Positions 36,810 through 47,584 are shown, counted from the first letter of the stretch. The stretch: 64,000 bases of DNA from Candidatus Latescibacterota bacterium (GCA_965207885.1 OZ242311.1:2816001-2880000), one strand, 5' to 3'. Numbers and translations: made by a program. Notes: a model not told the origin generated them from the sequence alone.

Positions 36810-37147
36810 GAAACCCCCTCACCATTTGCGAGTTGTTTTTCCGATTCGGCAATGTCGGCCATCGTGTCAGGGTCGGCGAAAATTTCTGCGGTCTCCCGCC
36901 AGGCATTGACTACATCATCAACACCTGTACCATTGTCCTGTGCGGCATTGGAGAGTTCCTCGAAAAATTCGTCGCATTCCGCATCGGATAGGTACTGAAC
37001 CCACGGATAGACCGACAACAGGTCAGTCCGTTTGGGACACTCTCGATTTTTGAGAGAACTCAGCAAACTGATTACCACCTCCAAACTCTCATCGGAGAGC
37101 TTATCGAGCATCTGTTTTGCTTCCGTCCTCAAATCAACAGTCGCCAT
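36767..37147 (-). CDS. Putative cognate antitoxin
   Basis: Acidic protein with ETAEI.ADP..MADIAES...GEGVSW C-terminus, overlapping the toxin start. Confidence 0.7.
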   Translation of the reverse strand: MATVDLRTEAKQMLDKLSDESLEVVISLLSSLKNRECPKRTDLLSVYPWVQYLSDAECDEFFEELSNAAQDNGTGVDDVVNAWRETAEIFADPDTMADIAESEKQLANGEGVSWDRVKQRLNIRSL

Positions 37148-37163
37148 TTTATATTTCTCCAAA

Positions 37164-39788
37164 TCATTCTTCCAACGCACGCTTCCATGCATCTAATTTC
37201 ACCAGCGCCTCAACCGGCGTGAGACGTGCTATGTCTAAATCGCGCAACTCAGACAGCATCGGATGATCTTCCCGCTCAACCTTCACTTCTGCTACCGGCG
37301 CAAACAGCGGCATCTGCCCATTCTCCTTCACGCGGTCGGGTTGGGGTTTTGATCCCACCGACAGATCGTTTTGCTCCAGCCGATTCAAAATCTCCTTTGC
37401 CCGCGCAATCATCTCTGCTGGCATCCCGGCCAGGCGCGCCACCTCAATGCCGTAGCTGTGGTCGCACCCGCCCGGCACCAGCTTGTGTAAAAACGCGATG
37501 GTATCGCCCGCCTCGCGCACAGCAACGCTGTAATTCACCACCCGCGGCAGCAAATCTTCCAACTCTGTCAACTCGTGATAATGCGTTGCAAACAACGTCC
37601 GCGGCTGAATCTGTTCGGCATTGTGCAAATACTCCGTCATTGCCCAGGCAATGCTCAATCCGTCAAACGTACTCGTCCCGCGCCCGATCTCATCCAAAAG
37701 CACCAGACTCTTCGGCGTCGCATTGTTCAAAATATTCGCCGCCTCATTCATCTCCACCAAAAACGTACTCTCGCCCCGCGCCAGATTATCGGATGCACCC
37801 ACCCGTGTAAAAATGCGATCCACCACCCCAATACGCGCCTCGCGCGCAGGCACAAAACTGCCGACCTGCGCCAAAAGCGCAATCAACCCGGTCTGGCGCA
37901 AAATCGTCGATTTCCCCGACATATTTGGGCCAGTAATCAGCAAAATTTGATCTTTCTCGCCGTCAATCGTCAGATCATTGGGCACAAACTGCCCGCCCGG
38001 AAGCAACTGCTCAACCGCGGGATGTCGCCCATCCTTCACATCAATACGCACGCTATTATCCACCTGGGGACGCACATAATCATTGGAGAACGCCACCTCG
38101 GCCAGCGTGCTCAACACATCTACGGTGGCCACGGATAGCGCCGTGCGCTGCACGGGCTCCACCCAACCGGCTACCTCTTCTCGCAACGCGGCAAACAAAT
38201 CGCGCTCAAGATCCCTGGCCCGCTCATCTGCGCCCAAAATTTTCGCCTCCCAATCCTTCAACTCCGGCGTGATATACCGCTCGGCATTGACCAGCGTTTG
38301 CTTGCGCACAAAATACGCGGGCACCTTATCCTGATTGGCCTTGGTGACCTCAATATAATATCCAAATGCCTTGTTATACCCCACCTTCAACGACGCAATA
38401 CCCGTTTTTTCGCGTTCCTCTGCCTGCAAGTTGGCAACCCAATCGCGCCCGCCCGATGCGATTTCCCGTAACTCGTCCAGTTCCTTGTGATAGCCCGTTC
38501 TAATATATCCGCCATCGCTAATCTGCGCAGGTGGATCGTCTTCAAGCGTGTGGGCAATCAAATCAATCAACTCTGTCAGGTCAGGCATGCCCTGATCGCG
38601 CGCCCGCACCAGCAAATCCGCGCGAAATTCACGCAGGGTTTCTCGCAGTGGAACAACTGCTTCCAGAGACCGCTGGAGAGCCACAAGCTCACGTGGATTG
38701 GCCCGATTGCAACAAATTCGGGACATCAACCGCTCCATGTCTCCAATGTGGCGCAACGCCTCTCGCGCTTCGTCCCGATGCGCCGCAGATTCGACAAATT
38801 CTTGTACTGCATCTAAGCGCGCATCGATGCGACCAACATCCACAAGCGGTTGTGATAACCATGTGCGCAGTGTCCGCGCGCCCTGCGGCGTACACGTCTG
38901 ATCTAAAACCCCAAACAACGTACCCTCGCGCCGCCCCTCTTGAATGGTTGTAACCAGTTCCAGATTGCGCTGTGTCACCAGATCCAATTCCATCATCGAC
39001 TCGGTGTGTTCGCGCGCCAATCGCGTAATATGGGATACGGCTCCCTTTTGATTTTCGCGCAAATAACACAGCACCCCGCCCGCGGCGCATATCCCAACGG
39101 TGAGATCATCGCATCCAAAGCCCTTGAGAGATGCCACTTTGAAATGCTCCCTCAGTGCATCGTACGCATAATGCTGTCCAAAATGCCAATCTTCTATATG
39201 CGTGAGCAATGCACCCGGCATCCGCGCTGCAAACTCGGCCTCATTGTCATTGACCCACGCCTCGGGCGCCAGCACCTCTGCGGGAGCCACGCGCTCCAAT
39301 ATCTCCCACAAATCATCTGCCGCGCGTTCCGATGCCCTGAACATCCCCGTTGACAAATCCGCTGTTGCCATGCCCAATTGATCGCCGGAAACAAAAATGC
39401 CCACGAGGTAATTATTGCGCTTTTGATCGAGCAAATCATCGGACATTACCGTTCCCGGCGACACGACCTGCACCACCTCGCGGCGCACCACTTTCTTGCC
39501 TTTTTGTGGCGGCTCCATCTGCTCGCAAATCGCCACCTTTTTTCCGGCTTTGATAAGTCTGGCGAGATAGGTATCCAGCGCGTGATGCGGCACGCCTGCC
39601 AGCGGGATGCGGTCTGCACGCCCATTGTTGCGCGATGTCAATGTCAACCCCAAAAGCTGAGATGCTACAACGGCGTCGTCGTAAAATGTCTCGTAAAAAT
39701 CGCCCATCCGAAACAGCAAAATCGCATCCGGATGTTGCTCCTTAAAACGCGCGTACTGTTCCATTGCCGGTGTTGTGTGCGTCGCCAT
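37164..39788 (-). CDS. mutS: DNA mismatch repair protein MutS
   Basis: FRMGDFYE, TGPNMSGKST, ESTFLVEM, DEIGRGTST, FATHYHEL, SYGIEVA. Confidence 0.97.
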   Translation of the reverse strand: MATHTTPAMEQYARFKEQHPDAILLFRMGDFYETFYDDAVVASQLLGLTLTSRNNGRADRIPLAGVPHHALDTYLARLIKAGKKVAICEQMEPPQKGKKVVRREVVQVVSPGTVMSDDLLDQKRNNYLVGIFVSGDQLGMATADLSTGMFRASERAADDLWEILERVAPAEVLAPEAWVNDNEAEFAARMPGALLTHIEDWHFGQHYAYDALREHFKVASLKGFGCDDLTVGICAAGGVLCYLRENQKGAVSHITRLAREHTESMMELDLVTQRNLELVTTIQEGRREGTLFGVLDQTCTPQGARTLRTWLSQPLVDVGRIDARLDAVQEFVESAAHRDEAREALRHIGDMERLMSRICCNRANPRELVALQRSLEAVVPLRETLREFRADLLVRARDQGMPDLTELIDLIAHTLEDDPPAQISDGGYIRTGYHKELDELREIASGGRDWVANLQAEEREKTGIASLKVGYNKAFGYYIEVTKANQDKVPAYFVRKQTLVNAERYITPELKDWEAKILGADERARDLERDLFAALREEVAGWVEPVQRTALSVATVDVLSTLAEVAFSNDYVRPQVDNSVRIDVKDGRHPAVEQLLPGGQFVPNDLTIDGEKDQILLITGPNMSGKSTILRQTGLIALLAQVGSFVPAREARIGVVDRIFTRVGASDNLARGESTFLVEMNEAANILNNATPKSLVLLDEIGRGTSTFDGLSIAWAMTEYLHNAEQIQPRTLFATHYHELTELEDLLPRVVNYSVAVREAGDTIAFLHKLVPGGCDHSYGIEVARLAGMPAEMIARAKEILNRLEQNDLSVGSKPQPDRVKENGQMPLFAPVAEVKVEREDHPMLSELRDLDIARLTPVEALVKLDAWKRALEE

Positions 39789-39809
39789 CCCAAATCCTCT
39801 AAAAGCTTC

Positions 39810-40376
39810 TCATTCCCCAACCGCTTTTCGATACGAATAATCAAATAACAATTCCCACTCGCACAATTGGATCTCGCGGCAAAGCACGTCGTGTGCAGAA
39901 TGTCCTTCCAGAGCATCTGCACACAGATCAACATAGGCAAACGCATCCCAATGTGCTTGCGTCGTCAAAAATTCTGGCGCACCGGAAACACCACCAGAAA
40001 TGCGAGCCGCAGCCTTGCACAAATCGTCAAAAATGGGGTGGTTGCCCACTTTCCCAAACCAGTATTTTGAATTGGAAAAATCGGGTTCGCGGCGATGCAT
40101 GATACCGTGCCAATAACTTCCTGTCGCCGTATGAATGCCCTGGCTGATGGTGTGAGACGCATCTAAAAAGTTGTGATACAGCCACATACCAGAAATACAG
40201 GCCTGTGCCATATCTTCATCCACCACTGTTTTGCCCGCAAATGCAGACTGCACAGCCAGCGCGTCGAGCGCGCTTTTCGCCGCGGTATTCTCTTCGCCGC
40301 CATCCAGTGGATTCAATCGCTTTTCGGAAATCAATTCCGAAAAAACACCGCCATAATCACCTGTGTCAAAAGACAT
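39810..40376 (-). CDS. Conserved hypothetical protein
   Basis: Co-oriented ORF with AAGGAG RBS; SH.ISQ....GSYWHGIMHRREPD..N..YW motif. Confidence 0.7.
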   Translation of the reverse strand: MSFDTGDYGGVFSELISEKRLNPLDGGEENTAAKSALDALAVQSAFAGKTVVDEDMAQACISGMWLYHNFLDASHTISQGIHTATGSYWHGIMHRREPDFSNSKYWFGKVGNHPIFDDLCKAAARISGGVSGAPEFLTTQAHWDAFAYVDLCADALEGHSAHDVLCREIQLCEWELLFDYSYRKAVGE

Positions 40377-40466
40377 ACTCACTCCTTTATTTTCTAATAC
40401 AGCGCGATAATCGCCTGTAAAAAACGCAAAAATTCTTTCTCTTCGGGAATATACTCAGAATTTCGG

Positions 40467-40503
40467 AAAAAAAAAGACCAATTCCTTTCGGAATCGGCCT
40501 TTT
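40467..40503 (-). terminator. Intrinsic terminator after mtaB
   Basis: Minus strand ggccgattcc-GAAA-ggaattggtc followed by a T-run. Confidence 0.7.
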
Positions 40504-40521
40504 CTGTCCAGATCTCGCTGT

Positions 40522-41877
40522 TTATGCACTTTGCACCTGTAATAACTCCCGCGCGTGATGCTGTACTATTTCGCGCTCGAAACCCGCCAATTCTCCGACG
40601 ACCACATCGTCTTCAACCCGCTGCAAGCGCACATCTACAATCTCTTCACACGCGGCATCTGGAGCGGGCGCAACCACCCGGATATAATTATCGGTCAACC
40701 CCTGTAAAAACTGTCCATTGCGGCGGTTTTCAAAAAGCACGGGCAATGTGCGCCCAATAAACCCCGCTTGAAATGCCGCCACCTTTTGCTGTCCCAATTC
40801 GCGAAGTATTGCGCCGCGTTGCTTTTTTACCTGAGGATCAACCTGATTTGTCATGCGCGCTGCTGGCGTTTTCCCGCGTGGCGAATACGGAAATACATGC
40901 AAATACGTCATGGGATGATTGGCAATCAAATCGCGCGTATTTTGAAATGCCTCATCTGACTCACCGGGAAAACCCACCATCACATCGCCGCCAATGCCCA
41001 CATCGGGAATCCGATCCGCGAGTTTTTCAATCAGCGCGATATACTGCTCCCGCGTATAGGGGCGGCGCATTGCCTTCAACACACCATTATCACCACTTTG
41101 CAATGGAATGTGCAAATGTCTGCAAAATTTCTGGCTCGACGCAAAGAAGTCAATCATGGCATCGGTCACAAAAGTGGCTTCAATAGAACTCACGCGAAAG
41201 CGCTCCAATCCTTTGATCCCTTCAATAGCCCCCAACACCTGCAACAAATCGCGCGCCTCTAAATCCACGCCGTAATCGCCAATATGCACCCCCGTCAGCA
41301 CCACCTCTCGATAGCCTGCTGATACCAATTTCTCGACCTGCAATACGGTACTCTCAAGCGTGCGGCTGCGACTGCGCCCACGCGCAAACGGAATAATGCA
41401 AAACGAACAAAATTCATTGCATCCTTCCTGAATTTTGACAAAAGCCCGGGCACGTCCGCCAAAATTGTAAATATCCATATCCTGGAAATCAGCCGCGCGA
41501 CTGCGCGTCACGAATGTGCGTCCCAAAGAACAGGTATTATTTACCAGATCCAGAAGTTGCGTCCGCTCTGCTGTTCCGACCACCAGATCGACTTCGGGCA
41601 TTGCAGATAGGGCATCTGGATCGGTTTGTGCATAACACCCCACCGCAACCACGGTACCTGTGGGCGAAATCCGATGTGCTCTGCGCAATGCCTTGCGCGA
41701 CTGCGCGTCCCCCTGTCCGGTCACAGTGCATGTATTGACCACAGTAACATCAGCCAACTCGCCAAATGGCACCTCGCGATAACCCTGCGCCACAAACTGC
41801 TCGGCATACCACTGCGTGTCATAGGTATTGAGCTTACAACCCAGCGTATAAAACGCAACTGTCTTTTGATCTCGCAT
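40522..41877 (-). CDS. mtaB: tRNA t6A37 methylthiotransferase
   Basis: TLGCKLN, NTCTVT, KIQEGCNEFCSFC radical-SAM motif, HVFPYSPR. Confidence 0.9.
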   Translation of the reverse strand: MRDQKTVAFYTLGCKLNTYDTQWYAEQFVAQGYREVPFGELADVTVVNTCTVTGQGDAQSRKALRRAHRISPTGTVVAVGCYAQTDPDALSAMPEVDLVVGTAERTQLLDLVNNTCSLGRTFVTRSRAADFQDMDIYNFGGRARAFVKIQEGCNEFCSFCIIPFARGRSRSRTLESTVLQVEKLVSAGYREVVLTGVHIGDYGVDLEARDLLQVLGAIEGIKGLERFRVSSIEATFVTDAMIDFFASSQKFCRHLHIPLQSGDNGVLKAMRRPYTREQYIALIEKLADRIPDVGIGGDVMVGFPGESDEAFQNTRDLIANHPMTYLHVFPYSPRGKTPAARMTNQVDPQVKKQRGAILRELGQQKVAAFQAGFIGRTLPVLFENRRNGQFLQGLTDNYIRVVAPAPDAACEEIVDVRLQRVEDDVVVGELAGFEREIVQHHARELLQVQSA

Positions 41878-41893
41878 AAAAATCAGCCATTTG

Positions 41894-41931
41894 AAAAAAC
41901 AAAGCGTTGAGGCGATATGCCCCAACGCTTT
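41894..41931 (-). terminator. Intrinsic terminator after rpsA
   Basis: aaagcgttg...caacgcttt hairpin followed by a T-run on the minus strand. Confidence 0.6.
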
Positions 41932-41958
41932 GCAACCGCCAGAAAGATCTGAGCAATC

Positions 41959-43956
41959 TTACTCCTCTTTGCTGCTCTGTGACTCATCCTTCGCTTCCGT
42001 TTCTGTTTCTGCTTCTACCTCTGTTTCGGCTTCAGCTTCTACTTCTGCCTCGGCTGTTTCGGTTTGTGCTTCGGTTTCAACTTCCACTACATCTTCCACT
42101 TCCACCTCTACTTCGGCTTCCACGGTCTCTTCATCTTCATCCTCTGTCTCATCTTCCACTTCTACTTCAGCTTCAGCTTCCACATTATCTTCAACTTCTG
42201 CTTCAGTCTCAGCTTCTACCTCGACTTCTTCTTCGGCTACTTCATCTTCCACTGCTACTTCTGCGCCTTCGCGTCGAGGATGTGCCGCCAGAAAAGCGTC
42301 GATTTCATCTTGGTCGGCATCGCGCAAACGCTCTCGCACGCTCAACACAATTTTCTTTTGATCTTCGTCAAACTCCACGACTTTCAGCGGTATCTCATCG
42401 CCTTCCTCGAAATATTCATCGGGACGTTGAAGGTCGTCAATACCCAGTTGGGAGATCGGCACAAATCCCTCGACATGGCCTTCGAGGTCAACGACCACCC
42501 CGCGTTCGAGAATGCGAGAAATATTACCCTCTACGGCATTGCCCACCGCATAGGTAACAGCCAATTTCGCCCAGGGATTTTCAATAGTCTGTTTGTGCCC
42601 CAGCGAAATTCGCCGGCGCTCTTTGTCGATATTGAGCACAATAACATCCAGTTCCTGGCCTTTTTTGATCACCTCGCTCGGATGGCGAATGCGCTTGGTC
42701 CAGGACATATCGGAAATATGCACCAACCCGTCGATCCCCTCTTCGATTTCAACAAAAGCTCCAAAATTAGTCAAATTGCGTACAATGCCTCGAAGAGGTG
42801 TACCTGAGGGATATTTTTGGTCGAGATCTTCCCAGGGATCGGGCTGCACTTGCTTGAGGCCCAGGGAAATTTTTTGCCCTTCCTGGTCAACGCGCAGGAC
42901 CATAACCTCAACTTCATCGCCGATGGAGACCAGCTTGGAAGGATGGCGAATATGCTGTGTCCACGACATTTCAGAAATGTGTACCAACCCTTCGACACCC
43001 TGTTCCAACTCGACAAAAGCTCCGTAATCCGTAATGCTGACAACCTTGCCTATCACCTTGTTATCAACCGGATATTTTTCCTCGACATCTTTCCAGGGAT
43101 GGTCTTGTAATTGCTTCATACCCAGAGAAATGCGCTCGCGCTTCTCATCGTAATTGAGCACCTTGACTTCTACTTCTTCGCCAATGGACAAGACTTCTGA
43201 TGGATGCCCAACCCTGCCCCAGGCAATATCCGTAATGTGCAACAACCCGTCTAAACCTCCCAGATCGATAAACGCACCAAAGTCGGTGATATTTTTGACC
43301 GATCCCTGACGCACTTGTCCCACTTCCAATGTGGCGAGAATCTGTTTGCGTAGCCTGGAACGTTCTTCTTCGAGAACAACGCGACGAGAAATGACAATAT
43401 TGCGGCGGTTTTTGTTGAGCTTTATAATCCGGAACGGGTACACATTGCCGAGAAATTGATCAAAATTTTTGACCTGTTTGATGTCAATTTGGGAGCCGGG
43501 CAAGAAAGCATCGACGCCGAAAAGATCCACCACAATGCCCCCTTTGATTCGCCTCATCAAACGACCCTCAACAATCTGATCGCTATCATATGCGTCCTTA
43601 ATGCGATCCCACACCCGCATAAAGTCAGCCTTGGTCTTGGACAGCACCACCTGGCCTTCTTGATCTTCAATGCTCTCCAAAAAAACCTCGATTTCATCGC
43701 CTTCCTCTATAGCTGGCGGGTCGCCAAACTCAGAGAGAGGAATCGCGCCTTCAGACTTGAAACCGATATCTACCACCACGATTCCGTCGTGGATGGACCT
43801 CACAGTACCCACAACAATCTCGCCCTGCTTAATGGTCTCTAACGTCTCTTCGTAGAGTTCCATCATTTCATTAAATTCTGCCTCGCTATATTCGCTTTCA
43901 TCCAGTGCGGCCAGGGCTTCTTCAGGGGTGGGTTTGGAAAGGGTATTAACAGACAT
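41959..43956 (-). CDS. rpsA: 30S ribosomal protein S1 with long acidic tail
   Basis: Six S1 domains (GFKSEG, AFLPGSQ, FGAFIDLGG.DGLLHI, etc.); true start likely ATG 43956. Confidence 0.95.
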   Translation of the reverse strand: MSVNTLSKPTPEEALAALDESEYSEAEFNEMMELYEETLETIKQGEIVVGTVRSIHDGIVVVDIGFKSEGAIPLSEFGDPPAIEEGDEIEVFLESIEDQEGQVVLSKTKADFMRVWDRIKDAYDSDQIVEGRLMRRIKGGIVVDLFGVDAFLPGSQIDIKQVKNFDQFLGNVYPFRIIKLNKNRRNIVISRRVVLEEERSRLRKQILATLEVGQVRQGSVKNITDFGAFIDLGGLDGLLHITDIAWGRVGHPSEVLSIGEEVEVKVLNYDEKRERISLGMKQLQDHPWKDVEEKYPVDNKVIGKVVSITDYGAFVELEQGVEGLVHISEMSWTQHIRHPSKLVSIGDEVEVMVLRVDQEGQKISLGLKQVQPDPWEDLDQKYPSGTPLRGIVRNLTNFGAFVEIEEGIDGLVHISDMSWTKRIRHPSEVIKKGQELDVIVLNIDKERRRISLGHKQTIENPWAKLAVTYAVGNAVEGNISRILERGVVVDLEGHVEGFVPISQLGIDDLQRPDEYFEEGDEIPLKVVEFDEDQKKIVLSVRERLRDADQDEIDAFLAAHPRREGAEVAVEDEVAEEEVEVEAETEAEVEDNVEAEAEVEVEDETEDEDEETVEAEVEVEVEDVVEVETEAQTETAEAEVEAEAETEVEAETETEAKDESQSSKEE

Positions 43957-44048
43957 ACCTAATATTTCCTTTCGCGCTAAAAAATCGCGCAAAACAATAA
44001 AAAAAGAACGACGAACAACGTCGATCAAACCGTGCCGACACCTTATGG

Positions 44049-44717
44049 TTAACCATTGTGGGAAGCGGGTGCGACCGTGCCGGCTTTCCGCCGCATCCGC
44101 TTCAGAACAGCGAGATGACGCATCACTTCCTGAGTGACAAAATTGTAGGCGTCGCGACGCCTGTCGGGCAATCCTTCTGGACAACCCAAAATAGGCTTGC
44201 CAAATCGCACCTGCAACCGATCCAGCCCAACCATCGTTTTCCAGATATTGACTGTGCCCGAAATATATACGGGTATCACAGGTGCCTGAGTGCGATAAAC
44301 CAGCATGCCAACCCCTGGTCGAGGGCGCAGAAATTCGGGACGCTTATTGCGCGTGCCTTCTGGAAAAATGAGTACGGGATTACCGTCCTGCAAAATTTTC
44401 GTCCAGGCCAAAAATGCGCTGCGATCTCCACGGCTTCTGTCAACGGGCATCGCGTGTAACTTGTGAATCAACTTTCCCAGCAACGGAATAGGAAAGAGTT
44501 CAGCCTTAGCAAGATACCAAAGTTCGCGACCTGCCGCAACTCCAATAATAACGGGATCGACGTTAGAACAATGGTTAGAAGCCAAAATTAACGCACCCGA
44601 CTGGGGTATGTAACACCGCCCTTCGACCCGTAACCGAAAGAGAACAACGGCCAGCCCGTAGGCCAGCCACCAGCAAAAGCGATAAAAAGTCATCGGTATC
44701 GTCCATTTATCATTCAC
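44049..44717 (-). CDS. plsC: 1-acyl-sn-glycerol-3-phosphate acyltransferase
   Basis: NHCSNVD (HX4D), LAKAEL, FPEGTR. Confidence 0.88.
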   Translation of the reverse strand: MNDKWTIPMTFYRFCWWLAYGLAVVLFRLRVEGRCYIPQSGALILASNHCSNVDPVIIGVAAGRELWYLAKAELFPIPLLGKLIHKLHAMPVDRSRGDRSAFLAWTKILQDGNPVLIFPEGTRNKRPEFLRPRPGVGMLVYRTQAPVIPVYISGTVNIWKTMVGLDRLQVRFGKPILGCPEGLPDRRRDAYNFVTQEVMRHLAVLKRMRRKAGTVAPASHNG

Positions 44718-45397
44718 GCCCTATTTTGCCTGTGGGCAAGAGCAACAATCCGATCCACTTGTTCTGAGATTGACAATTCTGTGGTATCTATACACACGGC
44801 ATCGGGCGCGGGCCATGCGCCGCGTTGCAACTGCGTTTGCCGGTCGCGGATATCCCGAATGCGAATCTCGTCCAACAACGACTCAAACACAGCAGATTCG
44901 CCCCTTTTTTGCAAGTCTCTGAGTCGTCGCCGCGCGCGTTCGGCTGGATCGGCAACAAGAAAAATTTTCAATTCCGCATCTGGAAAAATAGCGGTACCAG
45001 TGTCGCGACCTTCTAAAACAATACCCCCATTCCGTCCCATGGCCCGCTGTAACGCAACGAGCACATTGCGCACCCCTGGATGGACAGCTACGCGAGACGC
45101 AGCCTGCGAAATTTCAGATGAGCGAATTGCATCGGATATATTTTTCCCATTGAGCAGGGTTTGCAACTGCCCATCTCGCATCTCAAATGCGAGATCGAGC
45201 GCACGACACACCGCGGTTACGCCATCGGCATCATCGGGATCAACACCCTGTTGCAGGACCGCCAGCCCCACGGCGCGATACATCGCCCCGGTATCCAGAT
45301 ACAGGTACTCCATTTGATCTGCAACGAGCCGTGCAGTTGTACTCTTGCCAGCACCTGCCGGGCCATCAATCGCAATAACAATGCCATTTTCGCGCAT
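44714..45397 (-). CDS. cmk: Cytidylate kinase
   Basis: IAIDGPAGAGKST, LDTGAMYR, EGRD.GT..FPDA. Confidence 0.95.
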   Translation of the reverse strand: MRENGIVIAIDGPAGAGKSTTARLVADQMEYLYLDTGAMYRAVGLAVLQQGVDPDDADGVTAVCRALDLAFEMRDGQLQTLLNGKNISDAIRSSEISQAASRVAVHPGVRNVLVALQRAMGRNGGIVLEGRDTGTAIFPDAELKIFLVADPAERARRRLRDLQKRGESAVFESLLDEIRIRDIRDRQTQLQRGAWPAPDAVCIDTTELSISEQVDRIVALAHRQNRA

Positions 45398-45404
45398 ACA
45401 TTAC

Positions 45405-46139
45405 TCATTGTTCATGGTACAGCCCGACCATTTCCCGAAGCCTTTTTACTTCCGCTTGTGTCAGATGCCGCCATTGGCCTGGCTCGAGATGTCGCGTTGT
45501 GAGTCCGGCAAAATGCGTGCGTGTCAAAGACTGCACCCGATGTCCTGCCGCCTCGCACATTCGCTTCACCTGTCTTTTTCGTCCCTCGTGAAGCACCAAT
45601 TCTAATTCTGTATCCCCACCTCTTGCGCGCATCACGCGAATATGTGCAGGAGCCGAAATCCCATCATTGAGCTTTATGCCCTCCCTCAATGCTGTCAATA
45701 CCGCCTCGCTGGGATGCCCGCGCACCCATGCGCGATAGACTTTTTTTACGCCATATCGCGGATGGGTCAATCGAAATGCCAGATCGCCGTCATCCATCAA
45801 CAACAAAACCCCTCGCGTATCCAGATCGAGCCGTCCGGCGGGAAAAACCCGAGCATCAATGCCGCGCAACAATTTGTAAATTGTTTGGGCATGATGCGGA
45901 TCGCGCGCCGATACCAGATATCCCGGGGGTTTGTGCAATAAAATATAAGTTTGTCGTTCAACCGATTGGATCGCCCGCCCATTGACACATACGCGATCGC
46001 TATGCGGGTTTAATCGCGTGCCCGGATGTGTCACAACAGCGCCATTTATTTTAACGCTACCCGTTTGGATCAACCGATCGCTCGCCCGCCGCGAAGCTAC
46101 CCCCGCGCGGGCCAGAAACCGGTTCAGGCGCTCTGTCAT
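45405..46139 (-). CDS. rluB: 23S rRNA pseudouridine synthase (RluB/RsuA family)
   Basis: S4 domain ERLNRFLARAGVASRR, GRLD catalytic motif, EGRKRQVKRM; follows scpB. Confidence 0.85.
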   Translation of the reverse strand: MTERLNRFLARAGVASRRASDRLIQTGSVKINGAVVTHPGTRLNPHSDRVCVNGRAIQSVERQTYILLHKPPGYLVSARDPHHAQTIYKLLRGIDARVFPAGRLDLDTRGVLLLMDDGDLAFRLTHPRYGVKKVYRAWVRGHPSEAVLTALREGIKLNDGISAPAHIRVMRARGGDTELELVLHEGRKRQVKRMCEAAGHRVQSLTRTHFAGLTTRHLEPGQWRHLTQAEVKRLREMVGLYHEQ

Positions 46140-46797
46140 GGGTATCCTGTTCGCTTTCTCCATCGGTATTGATCACGCCCGATAACGGGCTGTCTTTGCC
46201 TTCGGCCACCCGTTGTTCTTCTTCTCGAAGCAACTCTTCCAACTCGCGAATCCGGGGCAGATCAGACAGGGTCTTAAGGCCAAAATGCTTCAAAAAATCG
46301 CGTGTCGTTCCGTATAACAGAGGCCGCCCGGGCGCGTCTGACCGCCCGGAAATGCGGATCAGGCCCTTTTCCATCAATTGCCGCAAAACGCCATCGACAG
46401 ACACACCGCGAATATGCTCGACTTCGGCTTTGGTAACCGGCTGTTTAAAAGCCAGAATAGCGAGCGTTTCCAGGGAAGCTTGAGAAAGCCGGGGCGCGAC
46501 TCTCTCGCGCATCAGTTGCCGAATCCATGGCGCAAATTCGCTGTGTACAGCCAACTGAAAGCCCCCCGCGACTTCGACAACCCTGAAACTGCGCCCCGTC
46601 TGTGCGTATTCTTCATTGAGATCATTGACATAAGCGCGAATTTCTTTTGCGCCAGTATGCTGTCCCAAAACCGATGACAGACGCGATGCTCCCAGAGGAT
46701 CATCGGCTGCAATCAACAACGCTTCAACAACGCCTTTGTTGCGTGCATCTTCATCGGTAGCCAGATTGGCGACGCGTGCGTCATCTCTCTCAGACAT
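46057..46797 (-). CDS. scpB: SMC-Scp complex subunit ScpB
   Basis: LETLAILAFKQPVT, IRGV, PGRP.LYGTT..FL..FGL. Confidence 0.93.
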   Translation of the reverse strand: MSERDDARVANLATDEDARNKGVVEALLIAADDPLGASRLSSVLGQHTGAKEIRAYVNDLNEEYAQTGRSFRVVEVAGGFQLAVHSEFAPWIRQLMRERVAPRLSQASLETLAILAFKQPVTKAEVEHIRGVSVDGVLRQLMEKGLIRISGRSDAPGRPLLYGTTRDFLKHFGLKTLSDLPRIRELEELLREEEQRVAEGKDSPLSGVINTDGESEQDTHDRAPEPVSGPRGGSFAAGERSVDPNG

Positions 46798-47584
46798 CGT
46801 TTATGTCCTCCTCGAAAGACGCCGTTTCTAAAGCATCGCGGCGATAAACCCAGAGTTCTCCATCGATATCGGCCTGTTGAACGCGGACTTTCCCTTCTTT
46901 CATCAATTCCAGCAACGCGATAAATGTCACAACAACAACAGTGCGATATGTACTGGCAATCAGATCGCTAAATGGAACCTGATGCCGTCGCTCGAGTACA
47001 TCAAGCACGTATTCGGCGCGCTCCTCTGTGGTCACATCAACCCGTGTCACCTCGTGAAAATCGGCTTTTGGCGCCGCATCCATCGCTTGCTTAAAGGCGC
47101 GAAGCAATTCGAACAGGCTCACGGGACGAAATTCCCCGACTTCTTGCTTCCGAATATCTTCCAGATCCATCGAAGCACCCCGATAGAAAACATCGCGGTA
47201 TTCCGTTTGTTGATCGTCCATCCACGCGGCGACTTCTCTGAACTGCTGGTATTCCAACAAGCGGCGCACCAATTCTTCGCGCGGATCTCCTTCTTCCTCC
47301 TCGGCTTCTGGATCAGAGGGCAATAACATGCGCGATTTGATGCGCATCAATGTGGCGGCCATCACGACAAAATCGCCAGCGACCTCTAAGTTTAATCGCT
47401 GGATGATCTCGACATATTCTAAAAATTGCCGCGTAATATCAGCGATGGGAATATCGTAGATATCGATCTCGTTTTTTTGGATGAGAAAGAGCAACAGATC
47501 CAGCGGGCCTTCAAACAAATCGAGCTTCACGCCATAAGGCGCGGCATCCGGATCGAACTGAGCTGTCAAATTGGATGCAATCAT
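46790..47584 (-). CDS. scpA: Segregation/condensation protein ScpA
   Basis: [27 protein letters not shown]. Confidence 0.93.
   Translation of the reverse strand: MIASNLTAQFDPDAAPYGVKLDLFEGPLDLLLFLIQKNEIDIYDIPIADITRQFLEYVEIIQRLNLEVAGDFVVMAATLMRIKSRMLLPSDPEAEEEEGDPREELVRRLLEYQQFREVAAWMDDQQTEYRDVFYRGASMDLEDIRKQEVGEFRPVSLFELLRAFKQAMDAAPKADFHEVTRVDVTTEERAEYVLDVLERRHQVPFSDLIASTYRTVVVVTFIALLELMKEGKVRVQQADIDGELWVYRRDALETASFEEDINDV

Noticed and set aside
41891-42807. Ser/Leu/Phe-rich + strand ORFs
   Set aside because: Antisense shadows of the repetitive acidic tail of rpsA.
43957-44184. N-terminal extension of rpsA in the ORF track (similarly efp 59011-59214)
   Set aside because: Overlaps the upstream gene; homology begins at the downstream ATG.
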